A stretch of 63,087 bases of DNA, counting the filler, from Octopus bimaculoides (lineage: Eukaryota), in assembly GCF_001194135.2 (NCBI RefSeq). It is 8 parts of 7 records of this genome, joined end to end, with 100 filler letters (N's around TTAATTAATTAA, not from the genome) between each part and the next. Parts side by side here need not be neighbours in the genome. Positions count along the whole stretch, not along the records: positions 48,520 to 53,142 come from NC_068993.1; positions 53,243 to 55,662 come from NW_026360329.1; positions 55,763 to 57,837 come from NC_068993.1; positions 57,938 to 59,972 come from NC_068989.1; positions 60,073 to 63,087 come from NW_026362838.1; 3 more parts are not named here. The stretch is one strand, 5' to 3'. Every line of letters begins with the position of its first letter. The first letter of the stretch is position 1. Made by a program: the position numbers and the translations under genes. Of this stretch, positions 51,790 to 63,087 are shown piece by piece. The notes under the pieces are model-generated. The model searched no databases, was not told the origin of the DNA, and saw nothing but the letters and a program-made list of their open reading frames with translations.

Positions 51790-53075
51790 TGCAGGTTCGG
51801 TTCGTCAGGGATGCCTCCTCTCGTCGCTTATGTACATATTGACTCTCGAGCCACTACTGCGGAGGCTGGCGACACTGAGGGGCATCACGCGAGAATTGGG
51901 ATGCGGGACGAGCGTGTCCGCATACGCGGACGACGTCACCGTCATAGTGTCTAGCCAAGAGCACATCAAGCTGGTCGGCGAGACACTGAAAGACTACGAA
52001 GCGGTAACAGGAGCGAAAATCAACCGGTAAAAGTGAGTGGGCTTGCGGCTCGGCACCTGTAGAAGCCAGCCCATGCCGTCCAGCAGCGCCTTCGACGTGG
52101 GACGCTGGACCGACGGTCCGGTCGAGTTGCTCGGAGTCTGGTTTGATCCGGACCTCCAAACGGAGAAGAACTGGGACGAGATAACGAGTAGAGTGGCTAC
52201 TCTTGCCCGGCAATTGGCTGAGAGGAAACTGTCCTTAAAAGGTCGGGTGGAGGTGGCGAATACGTACATCGCGTCCGTCATCTACTACCGCCTGACCGTC
52301 GTGCCTTGTCCCGACCCTACCATCACCAAAGTGGAACGAATTCTCTTCCGCTTCTTGTGGAAAGGAACCGTGGTTNNNNNNNNNNACCAAAGCATTCTAT
52401 ACGGGATTAGTGGAGGGGAGGTATGACGACGATCTCGGGGCGAACCTGGGTGTCGACGAGGAATACCTGACCCGCCTGTTCAAGACGACTTTCGGGCCGG
52501 GACCTATGGACAAGTTCCAGAGATCCCTGGCCTAGCAGTGCTATCGTGAAGCGATACCCGCTTCGGGTGGAGCTTCGGGGTAAGCGTCTGAAAGGTCTAG
52601 AGACAAACACTTTCCTCTCTGGTGAATTTCTCATCAACTTCTTCAAGTTTCACTTGAAGAGGAAGTTCTGTCTACTGAATGCTTCAAGAAAAGATGGGTG
52701 AATGTAGCAAGAATGAATGTAGCAATGACATAGCTACCTTGAGCACAACCCTATGAACCAGAAAAAAAAGGTATAAAGAGAGTTACTTATTGTAATGTGT
52801 TTTTCTGCATGACATTATTGGCTAAGGTTACCATGGTCTTTTCCGTAGGCTTTTCTTCCCACGGATAAACCTAATCTCTTTCCCCCTTTACACTTTACAT
52901 CATGACATTTCTATGATACACGATCCGTATTGATCGTTTTTTTTTTACGATCCCTTTTGATCTAAAATCTACCCCCCCTTGTTTCCTTCCTTCCCTCTCC
53001 TCCCCAAAAAGAACAGCTCTACTTCATAACTTGTCCTCTCTGTGTTCAGCCCTGTGTGGCTAATAAAGAAACATC
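51790..53075 (+). mobile_element. 5'-truncated, internally deleted L1/Tx1-clade LINE (RT, C-terminus, 3' UTR)
   Basis: RQGCLLSSLMYILTLEPLLRRL, SAYADDVTVIV, VERILFRFLWKG. 52490-52560 is homologous to the minus copy near 58200-58280. AATAAA near 53062 is followed by (ATCT)n. Confidence 0.85.
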
Positions 53076-53109
53076 TATCTATCTATCTATCTCTTTCTTC
53101 TTTGTGTGT

Positions 53110-53142
<33 letters not shown>

Positions 53143-53242
53143 NNNNNNNNNNNNNNNNNNNNNNNNNNNNNNNNNNNNNNNNNNNNTTAATTAATTAANN
53201 NNNNNNNNNNNNNNNNNNNNNNNNNNNNNNNNNNNNNNNNNN

Positions 53243-53548
53243 GAAGGGCATCCAGCCGTAGGAAACCATGCCACACCAGACTGGAGTCTGGTACAGCCTT
53301 CCAGCATGCCAGCCCAGTCAAGCTATCCAAACCATGCCAACAAGGACAAGGGACATTAAATGATGATGATGATGACGATATATATATATATATATATATG
53401 GTTGGCATTAGGAAGGGCATCCAGCTGTAGAAACTCTGCCAAATTAGATTGGAGCCTGGTGTTGCCATCCGGTTTCACCAGCCCTCAGTCAAATCGTCCA
53501 ACCCATGCTAGCATGGAAGGCGGACGTTAAACGACGATGATGATGATA
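53243..53548 (+). mobile_element. Two tandem family D 3' ends with (GAT)n tails
   Basis: GAAGGGCATCCAGC occurs twice, each copy ending in (GAT)n. Confidence 0.85.
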
Positions 53549-53664
53549 TATATATATGCACAGTGAGAATAAGTGCTCAACACCGCATTGTTAGATAAAT
53601 ATTCTTTGTGGGATTTGACTACTATTGCTGTAAGGTCTGGCAACTATGTAGTTTCCCTTATTGG

Positions 53665-53740
<76 letters not shown>

Positions 53741-54077
53741 AGTAGAATGTGATTTGAGGGAGATTTGGGTGCTATTTCTACCAGGTCTAGCTCCCTCAGT
53801 TCATGTAGAGGTGTCCCTCAGTTCATACACACATATATACATACATAAATAAGACTGTAGAGTGTTATTTGAGGGAGATTTGGCTGCTTTTGCTATCAGG
53901 CCTAGCTACCATGTAGAGGCCTTCCTCGTTGGATCGCATATACACTTGAGGCTGTAAGGTCTGGTTGGAGGGAAATTTGGCTGCTATTTCTACCGACCGT
54001 GTAGAGATCTCCACCCCTGCCCTGCTAATTGGCTCATAGACATTACATAGACACAAAAACAACGGGATGCAGTTTAA

Positions 54078-54299
54078 CCCTTTAGTGTTTAAACTGGCCA
54101 TATCTGGCCCAGATATTCTACATGTTTTATATTCAAACTGGCCATATCTAGCCTCTCACACCTAACCTACAATGACATTCTAAAAATAAAAACAATCACA
54201 TCATTGAAACCTCGAAGCTATAAGATAATGCATGATTAATTCAAAACAATTTGAGTGAAAAAGTATTACATTTAACAGAGTAATCTGAACACTAAAGGG
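54078..54299. mobile_element. piggyBac-type MITE (222 bp)
   Basis: TTAA|CCCTTTAGTGTT...AACACTAAAGGG|TTAA, i.e. TTAA TSD and CCC...GGG termini. Confidence 0.9.
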
Positions 54300-54372
54300 T
54301 TAAGGGCAATTTAGTTGCTATATCCAGCAAGCCGAGCGACCTCATTGAGGCATTCTCATGCAGACAATACTA

Positions 54373-54404
<32 letters not shown>

Positions 54405-54745
54405 CCTGCTGATTTAATTTAGTTATGACATTCCAGTTAAATGATGCTACTTAATTCAGCTAGTGACCTTTGACCTCTACTCAGCAGATTATCTTTATGC
54501 TGTAATTTTAGGCTACTGCTTTCGCCTACATACTTGATATATACTCATGCACGCACACACACACACACGTACACATACACATACATACACACACACACGT
54601 ACGTGCATGTATGTGCGTGCGCGCCTGCACACACACCTATGTATTTGATATGCATACACAAACGCACATACACATGCGAGAGTGGTGCATTCACCCGTAC
54701 CCATTTCACACACAGATTAACATACACACACACACAGATTAACAT

Positions 54746-54784
<39 letters not shown>

Positions 54785-54859
54785 CACCATACAGGCATAT
54801 ATACGTGTATATATGTCGGGACGCACGCACACATTGTCACATTCCCTTGCACTAATGTA

Positions 54860-54903
54860 TGTGTGTGTGTGTGTGTGTGTGTATCTGTGTGTGTGTGTGT
54901 GTA

Positions 54904-54954
<51 letters not shown>

Positions 54955-54989
54955 ATGTATGTATACAAGCCTACTGNNNNNNNNNNGTA

Positions 54990-55040
<51 letters not shown>

Positions 55041-55326
55041 ATGTATGTATACAAGCCTACTGTACACATACATGTGGGCATGCATTCATTTTATTGCCTG
55101 TGTATGTGTGTGTGTGTAAATATATATATAACATGTATTTGTATATATGTATATATGTGTGTGTGTGTGTATCTGTGTGTATATATATATGTGTGTGTAT
55201 GTATGTATACAAGCCTACTGTACACATACATGTGGGCATGCATTCATTTTATTGCGTGTGTATGTGTGTGTGTGTGTGTAAATATATACATAGCATATAT
55301 TTGTATATATGTATATATGTGTGTGA

Positions 55327-55340
<14 letters not shown>
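54860..55340. repeat. Tandem duplication of about 160 bp built on (TG)/(TA) microsatellites
   Basis: GTATGTATACAAGCCTACTG occurs near 54955, 55043 and 55201; the latter two continue TACACATACATGTGGGCATGCATTCATTTTATTG. Confidence 0.85.
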
Positions 55341-55358
<18 letters not shown>

Positions 55359-55762
55359 GCAATGTTACACATACAAAACTCACATATATACTCAGCCCCT
55401 GGCCCAGGATCATGCACACACATACGCACGCACACACATATACACACATAACAACCCATACATACACATAAATACGTACGTACATACATTAACATACACC
55501 CCCCCCCCACTAATTGCTCAATGCTTATATAATGCTTATAACTGTTCACTTGAACTTTGTAAACGTCAAAGTCAGTCCACATACGCCACTCCAGGCTGAC
55601 ACTCACAGACCTTGCCAGGCTCACTACTTCACACACACACACACACACACACTCATTTACACNNNNNNNNNNNNNNNNNNNNNNNNNNNNNNNNNNNNNN
55701 NNNNNNTTAATTAATTAANNNNNNNNNNNNNNNNNNNNNNNNNNNNNNNNNNNNNNNNNNNN

Positions 55763-56058
55763 TGATTACTACCTAGCTCAGATACCAGGAAACCCCAAAA
55801 TGGCTGAAGTCCAAAAGATAGTGCTCATGGGAACTGCCCATATCCTACGTAAAATACTGTCTATGTGATCTCAAATTTTAAAGCAAACATAATTTTCTTA
55901 TGGTTTCTTAAACATTCACTTGAACAAAACTGTACAAATCCAAATATATGGTACCCTAGGCATAACACCTACATGAACTTCTAACTTGTTGTCTCTTGAG
56001 GTCTCTGGGTGAGACTTGGATCCAACTTGTACAAATGCAAAAAAAAAAGTCAAACATA
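55763..56058 (+). mobile_element. R4/Dong-like LINE 3' end (second family) followed by (AAT)n
   Basis: DYYLAQIPGNPKMAEVQKIVLMGTAHILRKILSM* is homologous to the C-terminus at 6500-6570. Confidence 0.8.
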
Positions 56059-56059
56059 A

Positions 56060-56104
<45 letters not shown>

Positions 56105-56105
<1 letters not shown>

Positions 56106-56398
56106 GATATGACAGGTTAGCTTCATAGGTTAAGCAGTTGTAGTCGATGAAATTGGTGGTAGTATTACCAATAATATTCGGAGCCCTGGGAACAGTGAGT
56201 AAAAGTCTTGAGAAGTACATGGAACAAACAGGAGCTGTAATAAGGGTGGAGCACTTGTAGAAAACAGCGCTGCTTGGAACCGTTCGAATACTCCAGATGC
56301 TGCTCGAAAAATAAGAAGTGTTACCTTAGTTCACGGGTAGTGAACAGCTGGTACCGTAGTACATCTCCAGCGATAGAAGCTGTGCAAAGACAATGAAT
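56105..56398 (+). mobile_element. R4/Dong-like LINE 3' end (third family) between AAT tracts
   Basis: VVVLPIIFGALGTVSKSLEKYM...*KTALLGTVRIL. Confidence 0.8.
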
Positions 56399-56416
56399 GA
56401 TAATGATAATAATAAT

Positions 56417-56964
56417 TGCCCTGATGCAGTACCAGACAATGGTTCTCATGGATTCTGATCTTAACTGATTGGAAATGTTATCATGTACCTTGTTTTTTCT
56501 TGGTATAAAAACATGGGCTACAGCAAATATTCTGCTCAATACCATAGATTTGCTTGTCAGTTGTTTGACCTTAACCAGTTGAGCATGTCCCTTGGTGGCT
56601 GACGATATGTGCATCTCTGATCACATGCAGAAGTAGTGAGAGAACACCATAGCCATGTGTTCAGAGGAATTCTTTGGGGGTTTGGATAATTCACCTCTGG
56701 GTGTTTTGGTCATCATCCTTAAATAAAACTTATTCAGGGATCTTTTGAGCAGGATGGGTTACTAGACCTGAAGAAAATTCTAACTGGGCCCCCACCTGCA
56801 AGGTCATGCTCTGTTTATCTTGATATAAGATAATCATGTCGCGCACATATGGTTGTGATGCATGTACCTGGTGTACCGTTATCAGACGGGTAGTCATGAT
56901 AGATAATATTAGGTTTCGTATATTTGTACCCTACTGTCAGTTTGATGGCATGTACTACTCTCTC
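56417..56964 (+). mobile_element. Non-coding (AAT)n-flanked element of about 550 bp, copy 1 (family E)
   Basis: Starts TGCCCTGATGCAGTACCAG and ends CTCTCTC(AAT)n; aligns end to end with copies 2 and 3. Confidence 0.85.
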
Positions 56965-56987
56965 AATAATAATAATAATAATAATAA

Positions 56988-57515
56988 TGCAGTACCAGAC
57001 AGTGATTCTCGTGGCTTCTTATCTTAACTGATTGGAGGTGCTATCATGTATATTGTTTTGTCTTGGTATAAATATTCTGCTCAATACCACAGATTTGTTT
57101 GTCAGTTGCTTGATCTTAACCAGTTGAGCATGTCCCTTAGTCGCTGACGATATGTACATCTCTGATCACGAGCAGAAGTAGTGGGGGAGCATCATAGCCA
57201 TGTGTTGAGAGGAATTCTTTGGGGTTTGGATAATTCACCTTTGGAAACACTGGTGTTTTGTTCAACATCTTCAAACAACCTTTATTCAAGGACCTTTTGA
57301 GCGGGATGGGCAACTCGACCTGAAGAAACTTCTAACTGGGCCCCACCTGCAAGGTCATGCGCTGTTTCTCTAGATATGAGATCACCATGTCGCGCACATA
57401 TGGTTGTGATGCATTTGCCTGGTGTACCCTTATCAGACGGGTAGTCATGATGGGTATACTGGGCTTCGTATATTTTACTCGTGTCGCTTTGATGGCATGC
57501 CCTGCTCTCTCACTC
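56988..57515 (+). mobile_element. Family E, copy 2
   Basis: (AAT)n-GCAGTACCAG...CTCTCTCACTC-(AAT)n. Confidence 0.85.
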
Positions 57516-57551
<36 letters not shown>

Positions 57552-57837
57552 CAGGGAGACACGCTCTCTCCACTCCTGTTCTGCCTGGCACTCACACCTC
57601 TAACAGAATTGCTAAATAGAACTGGATGCGGTTACAAATGCTATGGAAAAACAGTCAGCCACCTTCTATATATGGATGACCTAAAATTATATGCAAAAAA
57701 CGACAAAGAGCTAGAAACACTACTACAGACAGTACACGGCTTTACCAAGGAAATAGAAATGAAATTCGGATTAGAAAAATGTGCCAAAGCAACCCTGAAA
57801 AGAGGAAAATTAGTTAAAAGTAGCAATATAACACTAG
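57552..57837 (+). mobile_element. R4/Dong-like RT fragment, 5'-truncated at (AAT)n
   Basis: QGDTLSPLLFCLALTPL...VSHLLYMDDLKLYAKN...FGLEKCAK; runs into a gap. Confidence 0.88.
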
Positions 57838-57938
57838 NNNNNNNNNNNNNNNNNNNNNNNNNNNNNNNNNNNNNNNNNNNNTTAATTAATTAANNNNNNN
57901 NNNNNNNNNNNNNNNNNNNNNNNNNNNNNNNNNNNNNT

Positions 57939-58506
57939 ATCACCTCTTTCGCTACAGCCACTAGGCAAAGGAAAATTGCCTTTCCCTCCTGGTTAAAGGA
58001 GGTCGGCGGGTCAATTCTCACGATGGATTCAGTTGATAGCCGGATCCGTCCTACACGTGACAGTAGCTGTTCGATATAGACCCACAGGTCAGCAATGCTC
58101 GGGCACTGGACGAGTGCGTGCAGAACGGTTTCGTCGTCCTGAGCGCACCTCGGGCAGGCCCGGTTGACGGCACTTCCGTGTCGGTAGAGTTTATCTCGAA
58201 CAGGTAGCGCACCTCGGTAGCACTGCCAGGCGAGGGACCTTTGGAAATTATCCATGGACCCCGGCCCGAAAGTTCTCCCGAACAGACTGTTTAGCTTATT
58301 ATCCTCAACGCCTAGAGTTTCCCCGAGAATGTCGTCGCACTTTTCTCCCACTAACCCTCTATAGAACGCTAGAGTGGAGCTACTACCGATCGCACTGCCC
58401 GCCTGACTGATGGCGGTTAGAGCTTGGCGGCACTCGAGGTGCCAAGCGCCCTTTCTCAGTCTACGTTTGATCCAGGATTGCAGCTCTGTTAAAGAAACGA
58501 GCTGCG
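57939..58506 (-). mobile_element. L1/Tx1-clade LINE fragment (zf-RVT region)
   Basis: Open frame WQCYRGALPVRDKL...RACPRCAQDDETVLHALVQCP. Confidence 0.85.
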
Positions 58507-58532
58507 AATAATAATAATAAATAATAATAATA

Positions 58533-58909
58533 TGCCCTGATGCAGTACCAGGCAGTGGCTCTCATGGCTTCTGATCTTGACTGATTGGAAGTGTTATCAT
58601 GTACATTGTTTTGTCTTGGTATAAAAGATTGGCTACAGCAAATATTCTGCTTAATACCACAGACTTGCTTGTCAGTTGTTTGACCTTAACCAGTTGGGCA
58701 TATCCCTTAGTGGCCGACGATATATGCATCTTTGATCATGAGCAGGTCATGCGCTGTTTATCTGGATATGAGATCACTATGTCGCGTACATGTGGTTGTG
58801 ATGCATGTACCTCTTGTACCCTTATCAGACGGGTAGTCATGATGGGTATATTGGGCTTCGTATATTTTTCCCCAGTGTCACTTTGATGGCATGCACTGCT
58901 CTATCACTC
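58533..58909 (+). mobile_element. Family E, copy 3, with an internal deletion of about 180 bp
   Basis: Same two termini and (AAT)n flanks; GAGCAG is joined directly to GTCATGCGCTG. Confidence 0.85.
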
Positions 58910-58986
<77 letters not shown>

Positions 58987-59920
58987 TGATGATGATGATG
59001 ATGATGATGATAATAGTAATAATAATTTATTTCTATATTGCCCACAGGGGAGCTAAACATAGAAGGGTCAAACAAGGACAGACAAAGGGATTAAGTCGAT
59101 GACATCGACCCCAGTGCGTAACTGGTACTTAATTTATCGACCCCCGAAAGGATGAAAGACGAAATTTTACGCGGTTAGAACTTTTTGCATCTGTACTGTT
59201 TCCAAATTCTCATCTGGAGTACCAACTATACTTCTGCGACGGGGCGATTGCATGTTTGGTTTCCAGTTGCAAGAAAATGTCTGTCTTCTTGTGTATTAAC
59301 AGTGTCTACATATGCTGCACCAGCAGCATATATCATATCATCCCTTTAGGCTTAAGCTCAGCAATCTGAGGTCAGCCTTCACAACTTCATCCCATATCTT
59401 CCAGTAAAGTGAGGTTTAATATACCTGCTACTTCTAACATGCTGGGAGACCATATTGTGTTATTGCTCGTTAATGATATGCCTTCAGTATTAGAGCTGAA
59501 GTACTCACTTTTTTTGTTTCTTTTGATCCGTTTCAAAATATTTTTTTCATTTTCAGGCCAGTTAAATTTATAAATTTCGCTAAATTTGTCACGAATTATA
59601 AGCTGCCACACCTTCCCACAAGCTTCATACCTTTGTGAAGCACGTTTAAACACTTTTGAATGTCAAAGTCATTCTATAAGTTTACCGATTTTTAATAGCA
59701 ATTTATGTATTTTATTACTTATTTTGAAAAGAAAAATGCTAAAATTAGATTTAGCTTTGTTAGAAACAAATATTAATTTATCAGAACGCTGGGAAGACAA
59801 ACGCGAAAAGTAGAAAACATAAATAGCGCAAAATGCAATTATGTTAAATGAATCCGATAAATAATTACTGCCTAAATACTGCCAATGTATTTCGGCACAT
59901 ACATACACCTTTACCGCCCC

Positions 59921-59959
<39 letters not shown>

Positions 59960-60072
59960 TATATATATATATNNNNNNNNNNNNNNNNNNNNNNNNNNNN
60001 NNNNNNNNNNNNNNNNTTAATTAATTAANNNNNNNNNNNNNNNNNNNNNNNNNNNNNNNNNNNNNNNNNNNN

Positions 60073-61651
60073 TCCAAAGTTTGGCACTTGCTGGATTATG
60101 TCATCATCCGCAAGCGCGACATATATGACATTTGTAATGTCCTTCCATGGATCGGAATGCTGGACAGACCACAGTCTGGTGCAAGCAAAGTTCCGAATGG
60201 TAATTAGAGTGAAAGAGAGAAGAGGACCAGTCAGCATTCCTCGCCGTCTAAATGTCCACAAGGTATATGATGTTGTGGTTAGGAAAGAACTTCAGACTCG
60301 CTTGTCCAGCATCGAAACTGCTGCAGCATGGGAGGATTTTCGAGACCAGGTTCTACAATATGCAGCCAAAACCCTGGGATATGTTACTGCCAGACACAGA
60401 GACTGGTTTGACGAGAATGATGCTGAAGTTCACCGACTATTGGTGGTAAAGCGCCATGCTCACAGTGTATTGCTACACAGAGAACTGTCTACTGTGCAGC
60501 GAAGTCTAGCACTTGCCCACTATAACAGTGTAAAATCACTACTGCAGCGATCTCTCAGGAAGATGCAGACCACTTGGTGGGAGGATCTTGCGCGTGATGC
60601 TCAGGCTGCTGCTGATGCAAATGACAGCAAGAAGCTTTACCATCTTATGAAGCGAGCTTATGGACCTAAGAGCTCCACATCAGTTCCTTTGCTTTCCAAG
60701 GACTCTTCCACCCTGTTTACTAAATCAACAGAAATCACAGGTCGCTGGATTGAACACTTCTCTGAACTCCTAAACCATGAGTCAGTTGTGGATGAAACAG
60801 TGATTGATACTATGCAACAAAGACCTATCATTGGCTCCTTAGACTCTTCGCCCTCAATAGATGAAGTAATGGCATCAATAAGTAAATTGAATCTTGGCAG
60901 GGCACCTGGAAAGGATGGAATTTGTGCTGAGGTCTTGCAATTTGGTGGTAATTACATCACACAGTCCCTTCATGAACTTATTAGTGCAGTCTGGAGGGAT
61001 GGTGCAATCCCTAAGGACTGGAAGGATGCAATTATTCTTCCTCTATATAAAGGAAAAGGAGTCAGAACAATGTGTGGTAACTACAGAGGTATTGCTCTAC
61101 TATCAGCTGCTGGCAAAGTTCTGGCAAATATTCTTCTTACCCGTCTGAATGGGTGTCTCGTAAATGATGTCCTATCTGAATCGCAATTTGGCTTCCGATC
61201 TGGTAGAGGGACAATGGATATGATTTTCACAGCAAGACAGATGCAGGAGAAGTGCTATAAGCAGAATATGGATCTTGTCCAGGTATTCATTGATTTAACA
61301 AAGGCCTTTGATACTGTAAATGGGGTCTTTCTATGGAAAATACTTGGCAAGTTTGGATGTCTGGATCACTTTGTATCTATAATTAAATCATATCATGATG
61401 GGATGGAGGCTTGGGTCAATGTTGGTGGTGGCATGGCGGGACCCATTCCTGTAGAGAATGGTGTCAAGCAGGGTGACATCCTTGCCCAACTCTCTTTTCT
61501 TGGTACTTTGCTGCTGCTTTTACTCATGCTTTTGCTAAGGTTAGCTCTCTGGGNNNNNNNNNNACTTTGCTGCTGCTTTTACTCATGCTTTTGCTAAGGT
61601 TAGCTCTCTGGGAATATATGTCAGATATCGATCTTCTGGTCGCCTCTTTAA
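60073..61651 (+). mobile_element. RTE-clade (BovB-like) LINE fragment: end of APE plus RT
   Basis: WHLLDYVIIRKRD, ECWTDH, GRAPGKDGI, NYRGIALLS, QFGFRSGRGTMDMIF, FIDLTKAFDTV, GVKQGDILA, then frameshifted PTLFS...GIYVRYRSSGRLFN. Confidence 0.9.
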
Positions 61652-62929
61652 TTTTCGCTGGTGACATCAATGGTCATGTTGAACAACATTCAGGGGGCTT
61701 CTATGGCGTACATGGAGGCTATGGTCTTGGTTCCCGCAATAAGGAGGGAACCAGGCTGCTGGAGTTCTGTGATGCAAATGACCTTATGGTCTGCAATACT
61801 AACTTCAGGAAACCTGCCAGTCACCTAGTCACCTACCGTTCTGGCAGACACACTAGACAAATTGACTACATCCTCGCCAGAAAAAGAGAAAGATGGCTGC
61901 TTATAAATGTCAAAACCTTCCCAGACAAAGAATGTACCCCACAACATAGACTAGTAGTTAGTGACTTCAGGATCAGGGCTAAGTGGTTGCCCAGAAGACG
62001 ACCAGCGTGGAGGAGAAGGGTCTGGAAGCTCAAAGATTCTGTGAATGAACAGAGATTTAAAGACTTATTACTCGAAGTCTTTGACGAAATAGAAGGGAAT
62101 GTAGCTTCACACGATGTAGAAAACAACTGGACGTTTCTACAGGACAACCTGCTGAGGGCCACTGACCAGATCTGTGGATGGCGCAGTCTCCTCTCGACCC
62201 AAAATAACGTGGTGGTGGAACAATGTTGTTGACAGGGCTATTACACAAAAGAAACAGGCTTGGAAGGACTGGAAGAACGGTGGTAGCAGGGAATTGTATC
62301 AGACTGCCAGAAGGGAAGCTAAGCGACAGGTTTATTTAGCCAGAGGGGAAGCAGATAAGAAAAAATTTGCCAATGTTCTGCGCCGTGAGGACCAAAGACT
62401 TGAGGTATTTCGTGTTGCAAGACAGTGTGTGAGAGAGAATCATGATGTTGAGGGAGAGAAATGTGTTCGCATGGATGATGGTTCACTTGCACTAAACAAG
62501 GCTGCAAAGAAAGAGGTTTGGAGACGCCACTACGAAAGGTTGCTCAATAAAGAGAATGAATGGGAGAAAGAGAGTCTGCCGAATGTCGACCCAACAGAGG
62601 GACCAGCTATCCGAGTTGACAGTACCATGGTAGATAAAGTAATTAAGAGTATGAAGACAGGGAAAGCCCCCGGCCCATCAGGAATCACTGCAGAGATGCT
62701 CAAAATATCTGGCAGCCTAGTCACCCGTATTGTTAACCAGGAGATACATGAAGGAGTCATACCCAATGACTGGTGTAGCAGCGCCATAGTCAACTGCTAC
62801 ATAGGTAAAGGTGACGCTTTAGATACAAATAATTACAGAGGCATCAAGCTGTTAGATCAGGTTATGAAAGTTACGGAGAGGGTCATAGCCCAACTAATTA
62901 GGGAGCGAATCAATTTAGATGAGATGCAA
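61650..62929 (+). mobile_element. Second, distinct RTE-type LINE fragment (APE C-terminus to start of RT)
   Basis: AGDINGHV...LLEFCDANDLMVCNTNF...QIDYIL...QHRLVV; KAPGPSGITAEMLK; NYRGIKLL; one frameshift near 62180-62200. Confidence 0.88.
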
Positions 62930-63087
62930 CCTGTCCGGCAGTTGCCATGATTGATCGCTGACCAAAACATTCAATTTTTTTTCTCCGTGTTTTTCTCCGT
63001 ATTCTTTCTGTTGAAAGCTCGAAACGTTAAAGACTTGCTGTATTCCTGAGCATTAAACTAATACATCCTTTTGTTGTTTACACCACC
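62930..63087 (+). mobile_element. Same probable Penelope-like repeat as 3165-3370, with a hammerhead-like motif
   Basis: CTGTCCGGCAGTTGCCATGAT...TCTTTCTGTTGAAAGCTCGAAACGTTAAAGAC...TTAAACTAATACATC. Confidence 0.6.

Noticed and set aside
54534-55648. ORFs of 200-300 aa rich in Y/I/C/V/H/T
   Set aside because: They are translations of dinucleotide repeats and a tandem duplication.
19047-60028. Seven TTAATTAATTAA islands that look like a dispersed conserved motif; several ORFs end in LIN because of them
   Set aside because: They always sit between equal N blocks and give stops in all six frames, so they are artificial scaffold linkers.
61504-61612. Direct repeat of about 49 bp either side of a 10-N gap (similar at 54860-55020)
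   Set aside because: Most likely an unmerged contig overlap, not a biological duplication or TSD.

Overview
This window is eukaryotic, AT-rich, repeat-dense and essentially non-coding. The SINE, LINE and microsatellite repertoire looks like an octopus (cephalopod) genome; that is inferred from recalled repeat families, not from a search. I can support no intact protein-coding gene, rRNA, true tRNA or CRISPR array. Nearly all listed ORFs are translations of microsatellites, N gaps or decayed transposons. Recognisable contents are: a DD37D (maT) Tc1/mariner relic; a Buster-type hAT with a perfect 8-bp TSD; a Chapaev-like transposase relic; piggyBac-type and hAT-type MITEs; several fold-back elements; RTE and Tx1/L1 LINE fragments; many tRNA-derived SINEs; and R4/Dong-like RLE LINE fragments sitting in (AAT)n tracts. 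Four signals deserve follow-up. (1) A 2-kb contig made entirely of at least five different (AAT)n-flanked retro-inserts, including a roughly 550-bp non-coding element with conserved ends seen three times. (2) Several degenerate minimal hammerhead-ribozyme-like motifs with palindromic stem III, of the Penelope type. (3) A perfect spacerless 64-bp palindrome inside a SINE. (4) A hAT MITE sharing about 87 bp with a neighbouring locus. Seven TTAATTAATTAA islands inside N runs are assembly linkers, so adjacency across them is uncertain. Coordinates of decayed repeats are approximate and identities are estimated by eye.
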